From: Podarcis muralis | Lineage: Eukaryota | Assembly: GCF_964188315.1 (NCBI RefSeq) | Contig: NC_135673.1 | Span: 10,850,001 to 10,914,000, forward strand | Direction: 5' to 3' | Length of the DNA: 64,000 nt | Part shown: positions 47,701 through 61,597 of the stretch, piece after piece | Position numbering within the stretch: the first letter of the stretch is position 1 | Layout of the letters: the number at the start of each line of letters is the position of its first letter | Program-made: the position numbers and the translations under genes | The notes under the pieces: model-generated | Database searches by the model: none | What the model saw: the letters and a program-made list of their open reading frames with translations, nothing else | Told to the model about the DNA's origin: nothing

Positions 47701-49160
47701 TAATGATTGGCCATTTTCTTCTGTCCTCCATGATTCTTCCCAGAGACTGTATTGGAAGTTCAAGGGTCAAACAGTGCAAAGACCTAACACACAACAGTCC
47801 AGACTATGGAATGCTTCACAGATAATGCTTTACCTATGGTGAGATAATCTCTACAAAGGGAGGGGTGTGTGGAGAGTGTACACTGTCTTTTGTTTAGCGT
47901 GTGTTGGGTTTTAATTCTAATCACAAGGACATGGATTGTGATGCTGGCTTCCAGAGTCATGTTTTTGCACCTTAATTACCGGTAATACTTCTTTCTAAAA
48001 ATATACAGCAGTTAGTAAATCAATTTTAACTTCATCACTGACATTATTTCTGTGCAAGAAAATAACTTGTGTGAAGTGAGTCTTATATGTACTGTATCCA
48101 CTAATGTGTTTGGTTTCTTAAAATGACACTGATCGTATTGAAATGCATACAGCAAAAATGCAAAGCAGGTTTGCATCAGACCAAAATCCATTACTGAGGA
48201 ACACGGAAAGCTGCTAGAAACTTAATGGTGAGGTTTTAGGAATGAGGACAATTCTTTAACACTTTTCTACATTTAAGAGCTATCAGATGCTGGGAACATA
48301 CACAATTTCTGCTCTGTATTACGTTAAAACATTCTCTGGGAAAAATTATTGAAGCACATGTTCCAAAACAATCCGTCTGCTGGCTATGGTGCTCATGTTG
48401 GACATCTTTTCGTCTACGTTACAGGAACACAGATGGCTTTTTTCATCATAAGACACTTGATTGGAAAATGTGAACAGTTGAAATATTTTAAATGCTGTCC
48501 AAATAGATATTGTCTCCCAGTCCTCATGATTCTGTGGCACCACTAAAGAACTTAAAATGTCCCCATTAGAATTCTACAACTTCTAGAAACGTAGGTACTT
48601 TGTACAACCCTGAATTTGAAAGCTTTTTACTACATATAAATGGTAGTAATGGGCTAGTTTTACTCTATGGGTAGCATTCAGAATTTAGCATGAATGGTGG
48701 CAGCAGAAACAGAAAACCAGCCATCAATATAAAACTACTCTGTTGTGAAAAGTACTTCTGTCTCTTGTCCATCACTTGGTCTGATTTCTGGAAAGTTGGT
48801 TGGCAAACAAGCAGACAGCTGGTTTGCTCTGACATGTCAAAGCCAAAATTGTCGGAGAATAAAGCTGTATTGACTGAGTTTCATGTTGCCACAGGACACT
48901 TTGCAAGAAAACCACATTTCAATGAAATGATCTTCAGTGGAGTAGGAGCAGGCATTTGCTAAAGATGGGTAGGAACGAACCCTTAATTCTGCAGTCATCA
49001 GATGGCCAACATACAAACTTCACTAAAGAAAAGGAATCAAAGAAGCTGCTGCTCACCTGAATGGATTATGATAATTCAGTTCATTAGCACTACAGAACAC
49101 CCCATGTGTGACCTCAGCACAGACATTTTATTAATAATGATGATAATAATAATGTTATTA

Positions 49161-49456
49161 CTGTATTTTTGTGTGTATAAGATGCTCCCATGTATAAGAC
49201 AACCCCTATTTTATTTTAACACAAAATTAAGAAATCAGTATTTTAAACATCAAACAGAATAATTCTGGTGGGAGGTGGCCCAAAGTTTGGATTGCCATAT
49301 TTCAAGAGGCTTAGCCTGGGCCACCTAGGTCACCTGCATCAGAGTCTGAACCCAAGCCCAGGCCACCTGCGCCAGAGCTCAAACCCCTGTGCATTCACCA
49401 TCCATGTATAAGACAACCCCCAATTTTTTACTATATTTTTTTAGCAAAAAACGTCG
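49161..49456 (+). mobile_element. Tc1/mariner (CCGTATTTT-type) MITE, right end disrupted
   Basis: ta|ctgtatttttgtgtgtataagatg with repeated catgtataagacaaccc subterminal motifs. Confidence 0.65.
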
Positions 49457-49625
49457 TTATTTATACCCTGTCCATCTGGCTGGGTTGAACCAACCACTCT
49501 GAGCAGCTTCCAAAGGACATAAAAATAAAATAAAACACCAGACATTAAAAACTTCCCTATACAAGGTTGCCTTCAGATGTCTTCTGAAGGTTGTAGTTAT
49601 TTATCTCCTTGACATCTGATGGGAA
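49457..49625 (-). mobile_element. L2 3' end, same family as 2208-2840
   Basis: ttataccctgtccatctggctgggttgaaccaaccactctgagcagcttcc...gttgccttcagatgtcttctgaagg. Confidence 0.75.
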
Positions 49626-52600
49626 TAAATGATAATGATAGTGATAATGATCTTCCTTTTCAACCTTCAACTTTCCCATGTCTCTTTCCTTTGGTAGCTT
49701 CCTTTTTTTCCAGGCTAATGAGTCTATATGCCCCTATGCAGTCCTGACTGGCACACACTGCTTTTTATTTAGTACCAGAAACCCAGTTTTTTTATTATTG
49801 CTGTGAAAGCTCTTTGTCTTCTGCTGTATGAGTAAGATTACAGAAAACAGTTTTCATAATCAGGTAGCCCCTGGTGGACTGAAGGAACCACTGCCAGGGT
49901 TGAGGGGCAGAGGGAAAGAATAATTGTGTCTCCTCTAAGATGAAAACAGTCTTAGTGGAATGGAACTTTACTGAATAACCCTCTCTGCTGAACACGTACT
50001 AACCCCTGTCTTTCAGAGGACTGTAACTTGGCTGACCCTGGGCAGAATTTCACACATGCTGCAAAAGCCAGTACGGCTGATGTAAAAGGGACATGCTGAC
50101 CCTACCACGTTGCAAATCTAGAATCCAAAGAATGGAGACAATAAAGAAATCCCCCTCTCTTCATTTTTAGTAGTGATTGAGATAAGCTCCATGGTCCAGG
50201 ATATTCCAGCATGAACTAAGGGAAAGTTATGAGCCACTAAAAATAGGGATTTCTAATAGAAATATCTTGGAACACCTTAACAAAAAATGTCTGCTCCAGT
50301 TCCAACTATACAATGTATTGACCACACTGAACGTTTTTGTTGCTGGGGCAACAGCTGAATTTTTTGTGTTTATTTAGTTGTCCTCAGTATCACACCACAC
50401 AAGCAACTCTGCTTAAACAACTTGGTTCAGGAATGCATTTAAGCTTCAGAAATGTTCATTTCTTGATCTGTTTAACAACACTTTTATAGTCCTATAAGTG
50501 CTTCTTGCTTAGTGGGCACTAACACACATACGTATGAAAAACCGATGGCATTTATTGTATTATTGGCAGCAGATTAGAGCTTCCCAGCTGGGCAAGGACC
50601 AAAAGGCAGTGGTGAGCCTGTCAAAACTGCATGCTAGAGCCAGCCTCAGATGGAAAACCTAATGGAAGAATGAAGCTACAGGAGTATTTCCAAAGGCCAC
50701 TGTGGGCAGCCTTCAACTAAACAAACCAACCTCCCCCCCCCCCCGGCACAAAAAGCTTATATGGGAGAGACGTGGGCCTGATCAAGCCCAACCACAACAG
50801 ATGCTACTGAAAGCTTACGGTGACAAAGTGATAAAGCTCACAGTTTGCAAAGAATCTGTTCTTCAGGAATTATTCAGTATCATTCACTTATGTGACAAAA
50901 TAAACACTCATCCTGTTCCAAAGGAATTTGATCTCAAAGAGATGGATGATAATCTTTCCTGGATACAACAATGCCAAAGGATCCTGTTTTGCATCCAGCT
51001 CAACATTTCTTTTTAAAACTTTATTTTTAAAATTTGAACTTTCTTTCATCATTCCTATAATGCACTTGAGGACTATTTTAAAAATAAATAAACAGGGCCA
51101 ATGTGGGCCAAACTACATGTGATACTGGAGCAATAATTTTGGTGCTTCTGACATTAATTTTCTTTTTGTAAAAACAATTGCAGAACCCTTAGTCTGTGGT
51201 CTGAGGGGTGGGAAATAACTGCTGCTGCAGCCTGGTTCAGATCACACCCCCTGGAGCTGCTATTAGCTACAGAGAAGAAAACCTGCAAGCTTAAATGAAG
51301 AATGGTAAAGTGACTTCCACCTTGGAATATATATGTATATATATATAAGCTTTCTCGGCAAACTACTATAATATTAACACTTACGGTCCTCCAGATGTTA
51401 TTGGTCTATACCTCCCATCATTCCTAGCCATTGGCTATGCACTAACATATTAAATGAGTGTCATAACTTACCGAATATCCACAAATTCCAGGGAACCAGT
51501 AGCGGGAGGGCCAAACTACAAGCAGGTGCATGTATCTTTATTCTGGCACTTTTTTTTTTAACCAAAAGAAGTCTCTGCAGGCTGTAAGATTCAGCAAGGA
51601 AGAACACTCTAATCTAAAATTGCTAGATGATTAATCACCTTGCAGATAGTTAAACCTGTGATATAGACCCTGCAACAAGCAAATGCCAACTATGCCCACA
51701 TAATCTACTCCGCTACAGAACTCAAAACCAGCAACCACAGCATCAGTGGCTCACTCATCTGCACATCCTCCAGCTTAATATAAACCATCCCTTGACAACA
51801 CTGCCCTTCTCCTGTCTACATGGGACAAACAGGCCAAGCAAGAGGAAAAATGTAAAGCTTGGCATAAGAAGTGGCAATATTCTGACACCAGTAGGAAAAC
51901 ATTTCTCTACTGTTAATCTAGAAGCCACCACTTTTCAACAGCAAGAGTTCAAAGAAGGTTCCAGCATGAAATAGCTGAACTATTCAATCAGTGAATTTAA
52001 TTCAGTTTGGGACTTAATTGGCACTTTGTGTTTCTTTTACCAGTGTTGAATCAACATAGCTAGTAAGTTTTGATAATCAGTGGCAACAATTGTGAATGGA
52101 CCACTTTTTTGCTCTCTTGAATTCATTGGGGCCATGTATTCCCATGATGCAGACCTACTGCCACTCTATGTATTTCAGGTCTTTGGCTCCACTGAACTTT
52201 TCTTATTTGTCTCAATGTATTTATCTCTATCAGGGGTGGGGAACTTTCTTTATTCCAATGGCCATATCCCCTTCTAGGCAAATTTCCATGGGCTGCATGC
52301 CAGTGATGGGTGGGGCCAGAGGCAAAAGTGAATGTGACACAGAATTGATCAGATCCCAGCCTCACAAAGCAGCTCAGGGAGGGTTGCCATGCGCCATGAA
52401 GGATGTCAGGTGCCCTTCAATCCCAACTTCACCCTTGAGGGGCTGGGACTGAAGGGTGCATGGTGTCCTCGCACCACCCTGCGCAAGCTGGGGGCGGGAG
52501 GATCTGATCAGAGCCCTGTGCAGCTTTGCAAGGCTGGGATCATTTTAATATTGAAAAAGAGGATGTGTCCAGGAAAGAGAGGACATATGGCAACCCTACA

Positions 52601-52955
52601 GATTGTTCTGATGAGTAATGATAATAGCGATAAAGAAGGGCCTTTGGATGAGACAACTGGCATCCTGGCTTAAATATATCAGGGAAACCCATCATCTTCG
52701 CTGCCAAGTGTGGGCGATTGGGTAAGCTGCATTGGGATGCAGAACAGTGACCAGAGTGTACCCCAAGAGGAAAGAGAAAGCCTGGAGGATTCCAGGGAAG
52801 CTGGAGATTGCTTGAAGAGGAGATGTTATTGTGTTTTTAAATGTGTCATGTTTCTATGATCTACTTTGATGTTGTGTTCTGAATACTGTTAGTATTTTTT
52901 CTTTTATTTCTTGCATAGCTGTGGAAAGCATTCCCTTTTGCTGAAGGGGTGATGG

Positions 52956-53530
52956 TGTTATAGATTTCGGAGGGACCCTCCTGAACCCCAGAAATTAATA
53001 AATGGTAAGATTTTTATTATTTGGGATGTGAAGGGAGAGATACAATCTGCAGAGGAATTCCTGAGCTAGCCTATGCAAAATGACCTGGCCAAGCTAGGGC
53101 CATTAAGAGACAATACAGGGTCATTGAGATCCATTGGCAATGCAAGAGAACTATCCTCCCTTCTTGCCCTGAGGTGTGAACAGAGACTGGGGGTTTAGAA
53201 GGTTGCCAGTGTAACTAGGTTTAGAGGAAAATATAGTTTTTAGTAGGGTGTTCTGAGAAGAAGGAGGAAGAATCCATCTTTGGCAGGCTGGCTGCACTGC
53301 TGAGGGGGGACAAGCCTCTCATGAAATGACTATGCTGTAAGATCTGGACTCCCTCCATGCAGGTGTAAATAAGTGAATATACTTATTTATTATTAAGAAT
53401 ATACTTTCCTAAAGCTACGACAGTGTCTCAGTTCTCCAAAGGAACACAGACCCCAGGGGAGTGCCTGGAACCCCATAGACTCTTGCTACTGCTCAGCAGA
53501 AAGAGGGGGAGGCACCCAACTTTTGTAACA
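52956..53530. mobile_element. Probable solo LTR (575 bp)
   Basis: TGTTA...TAACA termini with LTR-like internal composition and no flanking internal domain. The TSD is not recognisable. Confidence 0.5.
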
Positions 53531-55037
53531 TTATGATGATCTAAAAGCAGCAATGGATTGTACGAAAAAGGCAAAGGAAAATGTGGCAAACAGAAGCAGA
53601 CACATTTTGTAAATTCAATGATTTCGTCTTACAAAGGAATATGTTCAAATAGTTCCCACTGAGATACAAGACAAACTTATACAAAAGCACCTCTAAACAT
53701 CAAGTGAAATCCTTCTCCATATCTTACATGGGTACTTCCAAAGCAGTTATACTTATTTCTGTCAATATGGCAAAACACAAAGCTGGCACATCAATGACAG
53801 TTTAGAACAGAAACTGCCTTCAGGATAATAGCTGGTATATCAGTTTGCATGTCCTGATTTGTTTAGTCTGGTTTGAAGACATATTTATACTACCTCTCGT
53901 GTTCCAAAACGAACTTCTGAATTAGGGAATTAGGAACGTTGTGCATACCACATTCCTCTTGTCCATGCATATCACAGAAACAGGATACAGCACAGTTAAT
54001 TTGGACACTTCAGTCAACTGGCAATTACAGGGAGCTGGGTATCACTTACACATACTTAAGAATGCATATGGAAGCTCATGAGCAAACACTGAAAATGAAG
54101 TCAGCAACAATTCAGAAATCTATTATTTCAACCCTCTGCTCATTATGAATTCTAGATTCTAGAATTCCAGATGTCAGGAAAATCTCACAGATACCTGTTT
54201 CAGAGGGGGGAAAGTCAATATGTATATATTGTGAACTCTGTCATGAATGGAATTAAGCAATTTCAGTAAAAATAGTCATGATATTTTTAGAGAGCAAACA
54301 ATGAATAAAAGGCAATTGTATCTATAGAATTATCTTTGCAATGCTTCACTTCCATAGGATGGGCAATCTTCAAAGGTGTAGTTTAGGAAGAGGACTTTGT
54401 ACAAACCAAGACCCTGAAGCTAGCAGTAAAGTTGCAGAATAACTAGTCGGTATTTGATTTTTAAATTGATAGGACCTGTGTCACTGCCTAGAAATCACAC
54501 TATTTAATCTAGATATCAGGAGGTAACTATTGGCACCACATATTAAGGTAGTTTGGTAACTTTCTTTGATAGTATCACTATCTATCCCCAAAACTGCAAG
54601 ATTTTGGCCTCTAGTCATAATGTGGATTTTTGAGGAATTTTTTGACTGTGCCTAGCACTTCACAAATGTTGCTAGTAATCATTACAGCAATCTTATCAGG
54701 TAGGTCAGCATTTCCAAAACTGCGGAGAAGAGGGGATGGGAATGAGGCTGAGAAGCTGTACTTTGCCTATCAGATGAGTTCGTGGCTAAGGCTCGATGAT
54801 TCATAGCCACTATATAACACTCACACACATAAAAATGGTTCTTGAAAATGCAGGATTTACTGTCATTTGAGACAGGGAACATTCTTGTGAAAAGTGACCA
54901 GTCATTCTGAACTAGATTACAGCTCTCTGGTTTACACAAAGATGTAATCTGTGGAGCCTTACTCATAAGATGTTTTTCCTGTATCTCCCTTTGATGTACT
55001 GTGGTGGGAATATTGCAGAATTATCCTGAGGAATGTA

Positions 55038-55282
55038 CTGTGGACGCTTGGGTTGCAAACGTGATCTGTGCGGGATGCACATTCGCAACCCGCAGTGGCG
55101 TTTCTGCGCACGCACGGGTTGCGATTCGGCGCTTCTGTGCATGCGCAAAGCACAATTTAGAGCTTCTGTGCATGCGCGACCGCCGGAACCCGGAAGTAAC
55201 ACGTTCCGGTACTTCTGGGTTTCGGCGGATCCGTAACCCAAAAAAATGCAACCTGAAGTGTTTGTAACCCAATGTATGACTG
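55038..55282 (-). mobile_element. Tc1/mariner (Tigger-like) MITE, same family as 3067-3289
   Basis: TA|ctgtgg ... tatgactg|TA, sharing the ccggaagtaac..gttccggtacttctgggttt core with the 3067 copy in reverse complement. Confidence 0.8.
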
Positions 55283-56138
55283 TATTTGAAGAATCTAGTG
55301 GTATCTTCCATTGCATTTTCTATGCCATGTACTGGAAGTAATTTTACTCCAAGTCTGCCAGTGGCATTTATCTATTGCATGCCCTATGGAAGTGCATGTT
55401 TATTCAGCTGCACAGACCTAGAAGACAGATACTGTATAATTCAAACAAACTATGGAACTATTGATAGGATGGGATACTATCAGCTTAACTGCAGGAGCAA
55501 AATACTTAAGAAGAGCATTCCCTAACATATCAGGCGTAAGAGGTGTGTTCTATAACACAATGCCTCAGCACAAGTGAAAGTTAGCTAAACTCATTGCCAG
55601 TATTAAGTCTACTGAGAAAGATACAACAGTATGAACACATCAGCATGGCAACATTTATACTGCACGCTAAATCAATTTAACAACGCTGATTTTTCATGCA
55701 AGAACCACTTAGACAGCTCTCAAAGAAAGAAGGATTTAAATAGTTATAAACCCTGAAGGAGGCATGTCATGGGAGATTGCCTTGCTTTCTGATTTGTTGG
55801 TAGGGGCTGATAAAAAGGTAAATGTATATAATCAACCTCAAGCACATCAAACTATGGTAGTTACAGAGTATTCACTTCTACCCCATGGCTATGTTCCTTT
55901 ATACAACAGCAGTTTGGGTTTTTAAAAATCATCTCCTGTCCAAACCAGTGGGATGCACAGTGGAAATAAACCTAACAGCGAGGCTCTGAATCAATGCCAC
56001 CCAGGAGAACTGGTCTCTGGCAGTCTCCATGTGGAGGTGGGGGCTGGTGAGGTGGGCTTGGCTAGCTAATCTTGCCCCTGTGCCAAACTGTTCTGGCCAA
56101 GCCCACAGATTTAGAAATAGTTCTATTTTATTGTACAT

Positions 56139-56308
56139 NNNNNNNNNNNNNNNNNNNNNNNNNNNNNNNNNNNNNNNNNNNNNNNNNNNNNNNNNNNNNN
56201 NNNNNNNNNNNNNNNNNNNNNNNNNNNNNNNNNNNNNNNNNNNNNNNNNNNNNNNNNNNNNNNNNNNNNNNNNNNNNNNNNNNNNNNNNNNNNNNNNNNN
56301 NNNNNNNN
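56139..56308. other. Assembly gap (170 N)
   Basis: Run of N. Confidence 1.
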
Positions 56309-56391
56309 GGCAACCTATGCTTCTAGCTACTCTGCTCTCTGTGTGGTTCAGAAGCTTGTTCTACTTTTTCAAAACTACTCAAGCTGAACTA

Positions 56392-56563
56392 CTGTATTTT
56401 TCCGTGTATAAGACAAGGTCCCCCCCCCCCCAAAAAAAAACAATGTCAAAAATTAGGGGGCATCTTATACTCTGGGCCATCTCCCCCAATTTTCTTAAAT
56501 CTGAGTCCCCCAAAATAGGAGGCGTCTTATACATGGGGGCATCTTATAGGCGGACAAATACGG
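56392..56563. mobile_element. Tc1/mariner (CCGTATTTT-type) MITE
   Basis: TA|ctgtattttccgtgtataagac ... gtcttata ... acaaatacgg|TA. Confidence 0.85.
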
Positions 56564-57399
56564 TATATGTATTCTATGACACAGGGGTGTAGCATGGATA
56601 GGGTGAGGGGGGCTGTCGCCACAGGCACAGGGATTTTTGAGGGTGCATTTTACTCCTCACGTTGCCCTTGCCAGCCCTGCACCGCTTTGCAAGTCTGACC
56701 CTCATCTCCGCCTCACAAAGCAGTGTGGGGCTGGCAGGGCGTCAGGAGGACACAACAGAATTGTGCCCTTCCAATCAGCCCAATCAGACTGTTTTTAAGG
56801 TTGTATGCCTGCTCCGCTGCATCCTCCTCACATCACCCTCCATACCCCCTGATGTGCCCGCCTGCCCCAGGCACCTTGAAGACACACACTGCTGCTGCTA
56901 TGACAACAAGATGAAACTAGTACTAAAAACCCATTGCTGAAGGCAAGCATAGAAACCTATGTATGAGTGGGTGTGTTTTTTAAAGCCACCTTAATATAAA
57001 AATGCAAAGTTTATATTATAGAGATTCCAACACATCTGCCTATTGTTTCGTATTTGCTATATATTTTGGTGGCGGCTTCTGTTCTTCCCTCTATTGTATA
57101 TATTCTATATACAAACATCTATCTGTGTTGTATATCTGCTACACAATGGTGTTTAGCGGCATGGAGTTGGCTTGGTTTCACTTCACTTTTATGTGTTCTC
57201 TCAAGCTATTCTGCTCAAGGCACTCCAGCTTATTGCATGTAACTCCACTGATGACATTGTATAGCCATTATTATCGTTTCTGAACAGGTGGCAACAGTAT
57301 GGTAGAATGCTCTCCCTACAGAAATACGAGAGACCAATCATTACTGTCATTCTGCCAGCTCTTGAAGACATACCTGTTTAGGAAAGTGTTCCATGAACT

Positions 57400-57617
57400 C
57401 AACTTCTGATCTTTCTGTCTTAACTGTTCAACTGTTTTAATTATCATGCTTTTTAAATGGTTGTTTTAGGGTACATGTTAATTATGGATGTTTTCATGTC
57501 CTAATGGAATTGTTATTGTATATTTTAATTATGTATGGATTTTCTAACTGGTTTTATAGTTGTAAACCATCTAGAAGCCATTTTGGCATATAAGCGGTGT
57601 ATAAATGAATAAATAAT
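57400..57617 (+). mobile_element. L2-type 3' tail
   Basis: A T-rich tract then tgtaaaccatctagaagccattttggcatataagcggtgtataaatgaataaat. Confidence 0.6.
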
Positions 57618-58780
57618 ATATTACTAAGTCTCTTCCAATGTAACACACAAAATGACCTATCTAGTTTCCCAATCGTTTTCCAACCTACTTTCCTATTCAC
57701 AAATGGAGTTTTGCTTTGGTTTTTGCATGCAAGTCTATTCTTAATGGCAGCTGAATTGCTAAGATACACGTTTAAGCTTCAGATATATTATAATCCTAAT
57801 TATTATTTGTAAAATGAATGAAGACAGCTTTGTCAATTTTGTATACATTCTGCAGTGAACATTCAAAATGCAAAAACTACCACAACTACCCAAGATTGTT
57901 GCTGGTAAATATTCAAAATTATGGAATTACAATAGTGAATACGAACAATCACTGTATGTTGACAATCCCTGATAAATGTCAATGTTCTGAAAGCTCAAAT
58001 CTGTGCTGGTTAACCATCCATCCACGGCCCCAACCATTACCAGAACTGGTCAGGTGGGAAGGATGACTCCTCCTCCTTCTAGAGAGGAGAAGAAAGCTTT
58101 CAGTAGACCCTGCTTGTCCTTCCAGTAGGAAGTATCATCACTAAAAGGAATTCATAAGTAATTCTCAGGTAAATATCATTGTCAGCATTTATTTGTTAAT
58201 ATCCAAGAACTGAAGAAACAGAAATCTATTTTCAGGCTCAGGCATTCACAAAATTTATCAGGCATTGTCAAGCATTCACACGTGAATGCCACTGATCACT
58301 AAATTTTGAATATTGATTGTGACAGAGAAAGCACACTTCTCAAATTGGAATCAGACTATTGATCGATGGATTTTATGTCTTATGCAATAACCAGTCTTCT
58401 CAACCATTATTGATCTAAGATAAAACTTTTACAGTAAGGCTTTCTGAAAACCACAATCCCAGTACAGTAGCTCTGAATGCTATGAAACACTCCAGTCATT
58501 TCACCTCATCTCCATAAAACTGTGGGATCTGACCCTTCACTATACATTAGAAATAGTTTTTCAACTTCTGAGGACGTCTGTCAAAGGAAAACAAACAGGC
58601 CCAAGTGTGTGTCACAACCACATAAACATCAGGGTGCCTATGCAAAAAGGAATCGCCAGGGTGGTCCTTGGATAGAAAATGGCGTGCAGCCCTGACCAAT
58701 AGCAAAAAGACTGTGAAATTGTAAAGTTAAGTAATGCTATGTTGTAGGCTTCTTAACATTCCCAATAAATTTAATCATAC

Positions 58781-58848
58781 CTGCAAGATCTTCCTTTGAA
58801 GATACCAGTCGCGGAGAGCTGTTTCCTGGCTCAATTCTTAAGGATAAT
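58781..58848 (-). CDS. RALGPS1: RALGPS1 exon, end of the CDC25/RasGEF domain ([23 protein letters not shown]); earlier exons lie beyond the window end
   Basis: 68 nt, ctag/gtatga boundaries, phase 2 to 1. Joins the 39685 exon in frame across a 19-kb intron. Confidence 0.96.
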
Positions 58849-59136
58849 CTAGAAAAGAGAAATGGTGACATGTCAGGAATTAAATAGCTTAACAAAAGCA
58901 AAGGGATAAACTTTTTTTATGTTATCGGTTGAAAGCAGGAAATCTAGCTTAGCCTGGACATCTCTTACATTCTTTGGATATGACGGGTGCATACTAAAGT
59001 ATTAAATCCTTGCAGTGTGAAGCCCAACAGAATTTTTTACACTTGGTAAACACAGATCTTTACTGAGAAGATGTTTAAGCAGCTATTAACACTAGGTAAG
59101 ACATGAATGAAAAACAGCTCTTTTTGTTTGCTTATA

Positions 59137-59378
59137 CAGTGGTACCTCGGGTTACATACGCTTCAGGTTACATACACTTCAGGTTACAGACTCCGCTAAC
59201 CCAGAAAAAGTGCTTCAGGTTAAGAACTTTGCTTCAGGATGAGAACAGAAATCGGGCTCTGGCGGCGCGGCAGCAGCGAGAGGCCCCATTAGCTAAAGTG
59301 GTGCTTCAGGTTAAGAACAGTTTCAGGTTAAGTACGGACCTCCGGAACGAATTAAGTACTTAACCCGAGGTACCACTG
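59137..59378. mobile_element. Young Tigger-like MITE
   Basis: Perfect TIRs cagtggtacctcgggtta / taacccgaggtaccactg with a TA TSD and internal cttcaggtta repeats. Confidence 0.92.
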
Positions 59379-59922
59379 TACTGTAATGCGTAAGGACTGG
59401 TAACTAGTGAGCCCTGAACCAGTCTGCCTCCACTCCCCAAAAAGTGATTCCTGACAGCAAAATTTCAAACAAAGAGGCCAAAGAGATGTGAAGAAAGTGG
59501 CAGCTGCTGTAATGAGAAGTGCCAGGAGGCCATATCTCCACTCCTTTGTCCACTGATCCTCTGCTGTTTAGTGGCTTGCTGGTTGTTTTTTTCCAGTTGC
59601 CCTTCTTTCTTCCTACCATTCCTCTTTCCAGAACAGGACCTTCTCTTCTATATTTATTTGTCATTGCTCTTGGGAAAGTGTGGGCTACTAACTGAAGTAA
59701 ACATAAAAAAGAAAAAGAAAAAAGCATCACTGTGCATCAGGGAAAACTGCATATGTATACATGAAAACAGATCTTGTTCTGGAGGGACTGAAGGTGGTAT
59801 GTGGTTTGACAAACAAGAAGCTTGAGGTTTGTAGTTAGATAGCCTCTGATGTGTGCATTCCCAATACAAATCTCTACACACTTGATTAAAAGCCTGGTTT
59901 ATAGCCCTCCAGAAGTGAGCTG

Positions 59923-60285
59923 CAGACCCTTCCAAGTCTCTCTATTTTCCAGGTATGTCCCTGATTTAGAGAAGCTGCCTCGGTTTCTAATTTGATCCTG
60001 GAATGTCCCACTTTTCCTTAGAATGTCTCGATTTTCATTGGAGAAATGTTAGAGGGTATTGAGTTAGAGGGTATAGAGTTATCTGACCCCCGAGCTGTCT
60101 GAAGGTAATCCGGTATAAGAAAGGGTTTTTTTTTAATGTTTAATGTTTTATGATGTTTTCATATATCTTGGAAACTGCCCAGAGTGGCTGGGGCAGCCCA
60201 GCAAGATGTTTGGGGTATAAATAGTAAAACTATCATTATGGAATGGAATGTCCCTATTTTCATCGGAGAAATGTTGGAGGGTATG
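59923..60285 (+). mobile_element. Composite MITE with a captured L2 3' tail, most complete copy
   Basis: Termini cagacccttccaag ... gttggagggtatg and a 6-bp TSD gagctg at 59917-59922 and 60286-60291. An internal TIR-like copy lies at about 60047-60073 and an L2 tail at about 60130-60230. Confidence 0.85.
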
Positions 60286-60822
60286 GAGCTGTAAACTGCC
60301 ACTCTCATATGAAAGTTATGTTAACCATGGGGAAGCAAGAGGTGGGGTCCTGTGCAGGCAGAGAAAGATGAGAAGGGAAAGAGAAGGGAAACACAAAAGA
60401 CAAAGAATGCATTGTAATAAGCCAGCTCATGTTCCAGAGTTCTGGCGTCGAGTGCAACATTATCAAAACACTGCCCACCCCCAAAGTAGGAGGTATGCAC
60501 ACATGTCTGCAGAGAAGACATCCATGAAAATGCACTTTTCCTTACAAACAGCATTAAATAACTTTAACAGCTACAGATTCTCTCACCAGACCCTTGAACA
60601 TATTCTATTAATTCTCAGTTGTCACAGTCTTCATGTATAACTCACAAACACTGCAAAGCAATAGGATATCCCTGGCTAAGACTACCCCAAGTCTTTGGTG
60701 AGCTATATTCATATGTTGACAAGTGTGGATCACATTATTTGAGAGAAACAAACATTCACTCTGTAAGGCCAGACAAACATGCAACCTGTTCCACTTCCGA
60801 AATGGTGTGGACACCCCGCCCC

Positions 60823-60824
<2 letters not shown>

Positions 60825-60872
<48 letters not shown>
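60825..60872. repeat. (GA)24 microsatellite
   Basis: Read directly from the sequence. Confidence 0.97.
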
Positions 60873-60876
<4 letters not shown>

Positions 60877-61253
60877 CATATAATGCACAAGGTGCCAACA
60901 GATAGATTGTCTCTGGAATACAGATTAACCTCCTGCTACCTTTAAGAGGAAGTTCCCTGAAGATGTTGTTTTTTGTCTTTAGCACAAAGTTCAAGGGCAT
61001 TGTTACTGCAACTGAACGAAATTTTGATTTCCCCCTTTCCCCCCACAGCATTTTGTTAAGCATGACTAATCTAGGACTCACCAATAACCTAATTTATGCA
61101 AAGAGAAGAGCTTTGCAGAGTTTTACACACAAAGAAGAGGATTATACACTTTTGAAACAGCAACCAATTCTTTATTCAAACATTGACTGCTTCTTTGTTT
61201 TTAACTGTTTTAAATTATCTTAAGTGTAAATTGCCTCAAGGCTACAGTTTAGG

Positions 61254-61280
61254 TAATAATAATAATAATAATAATAATAA
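61254..61280. repeat. (AAT)n microsatellite
   Basis: Read directly from the sequence. Confidence 0.95.
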
Positions 61281-61597
61281 ACCAACTATTTTCATTTGAT
61301 TCTGTTTTTGAACTATTTTAGTAATTTAATTTACCCTTTTTTTATCCCTTTCATTCCTTCATTTCTTTAGAGGATAAGAAAGAAGCTGTGGCTATCTCAT
61401 ACTACCTTGCATTGCTCTTATTGTGAGAGCATAAGGGGGAATTAATGAATATCACTCTTACAACACAGACATCTGCATATTCACTCCCCCTGTAAGTTCC
61501 ACTGTATTTAATGGCATTTACTTTCAGGGCAAGTATGTATAGCATTGCAACTGGGTTCTTTTTGTGCTTTCTTTTTTCTTTTTGCAGGCAGGATTTA

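Noticed and set aside
56029-56592. ORFs spanning poly-X
   Set aside because: Artefacts of the 170-N assembly gap.
59137-59340. Regularly repeated cttcaggtta units resembling an array
   Set aside because: They are subterminal repeats inside a Tigger-like MITE. Eukaryotic context and no constant repeat-spacer structure, so not CRISPR.
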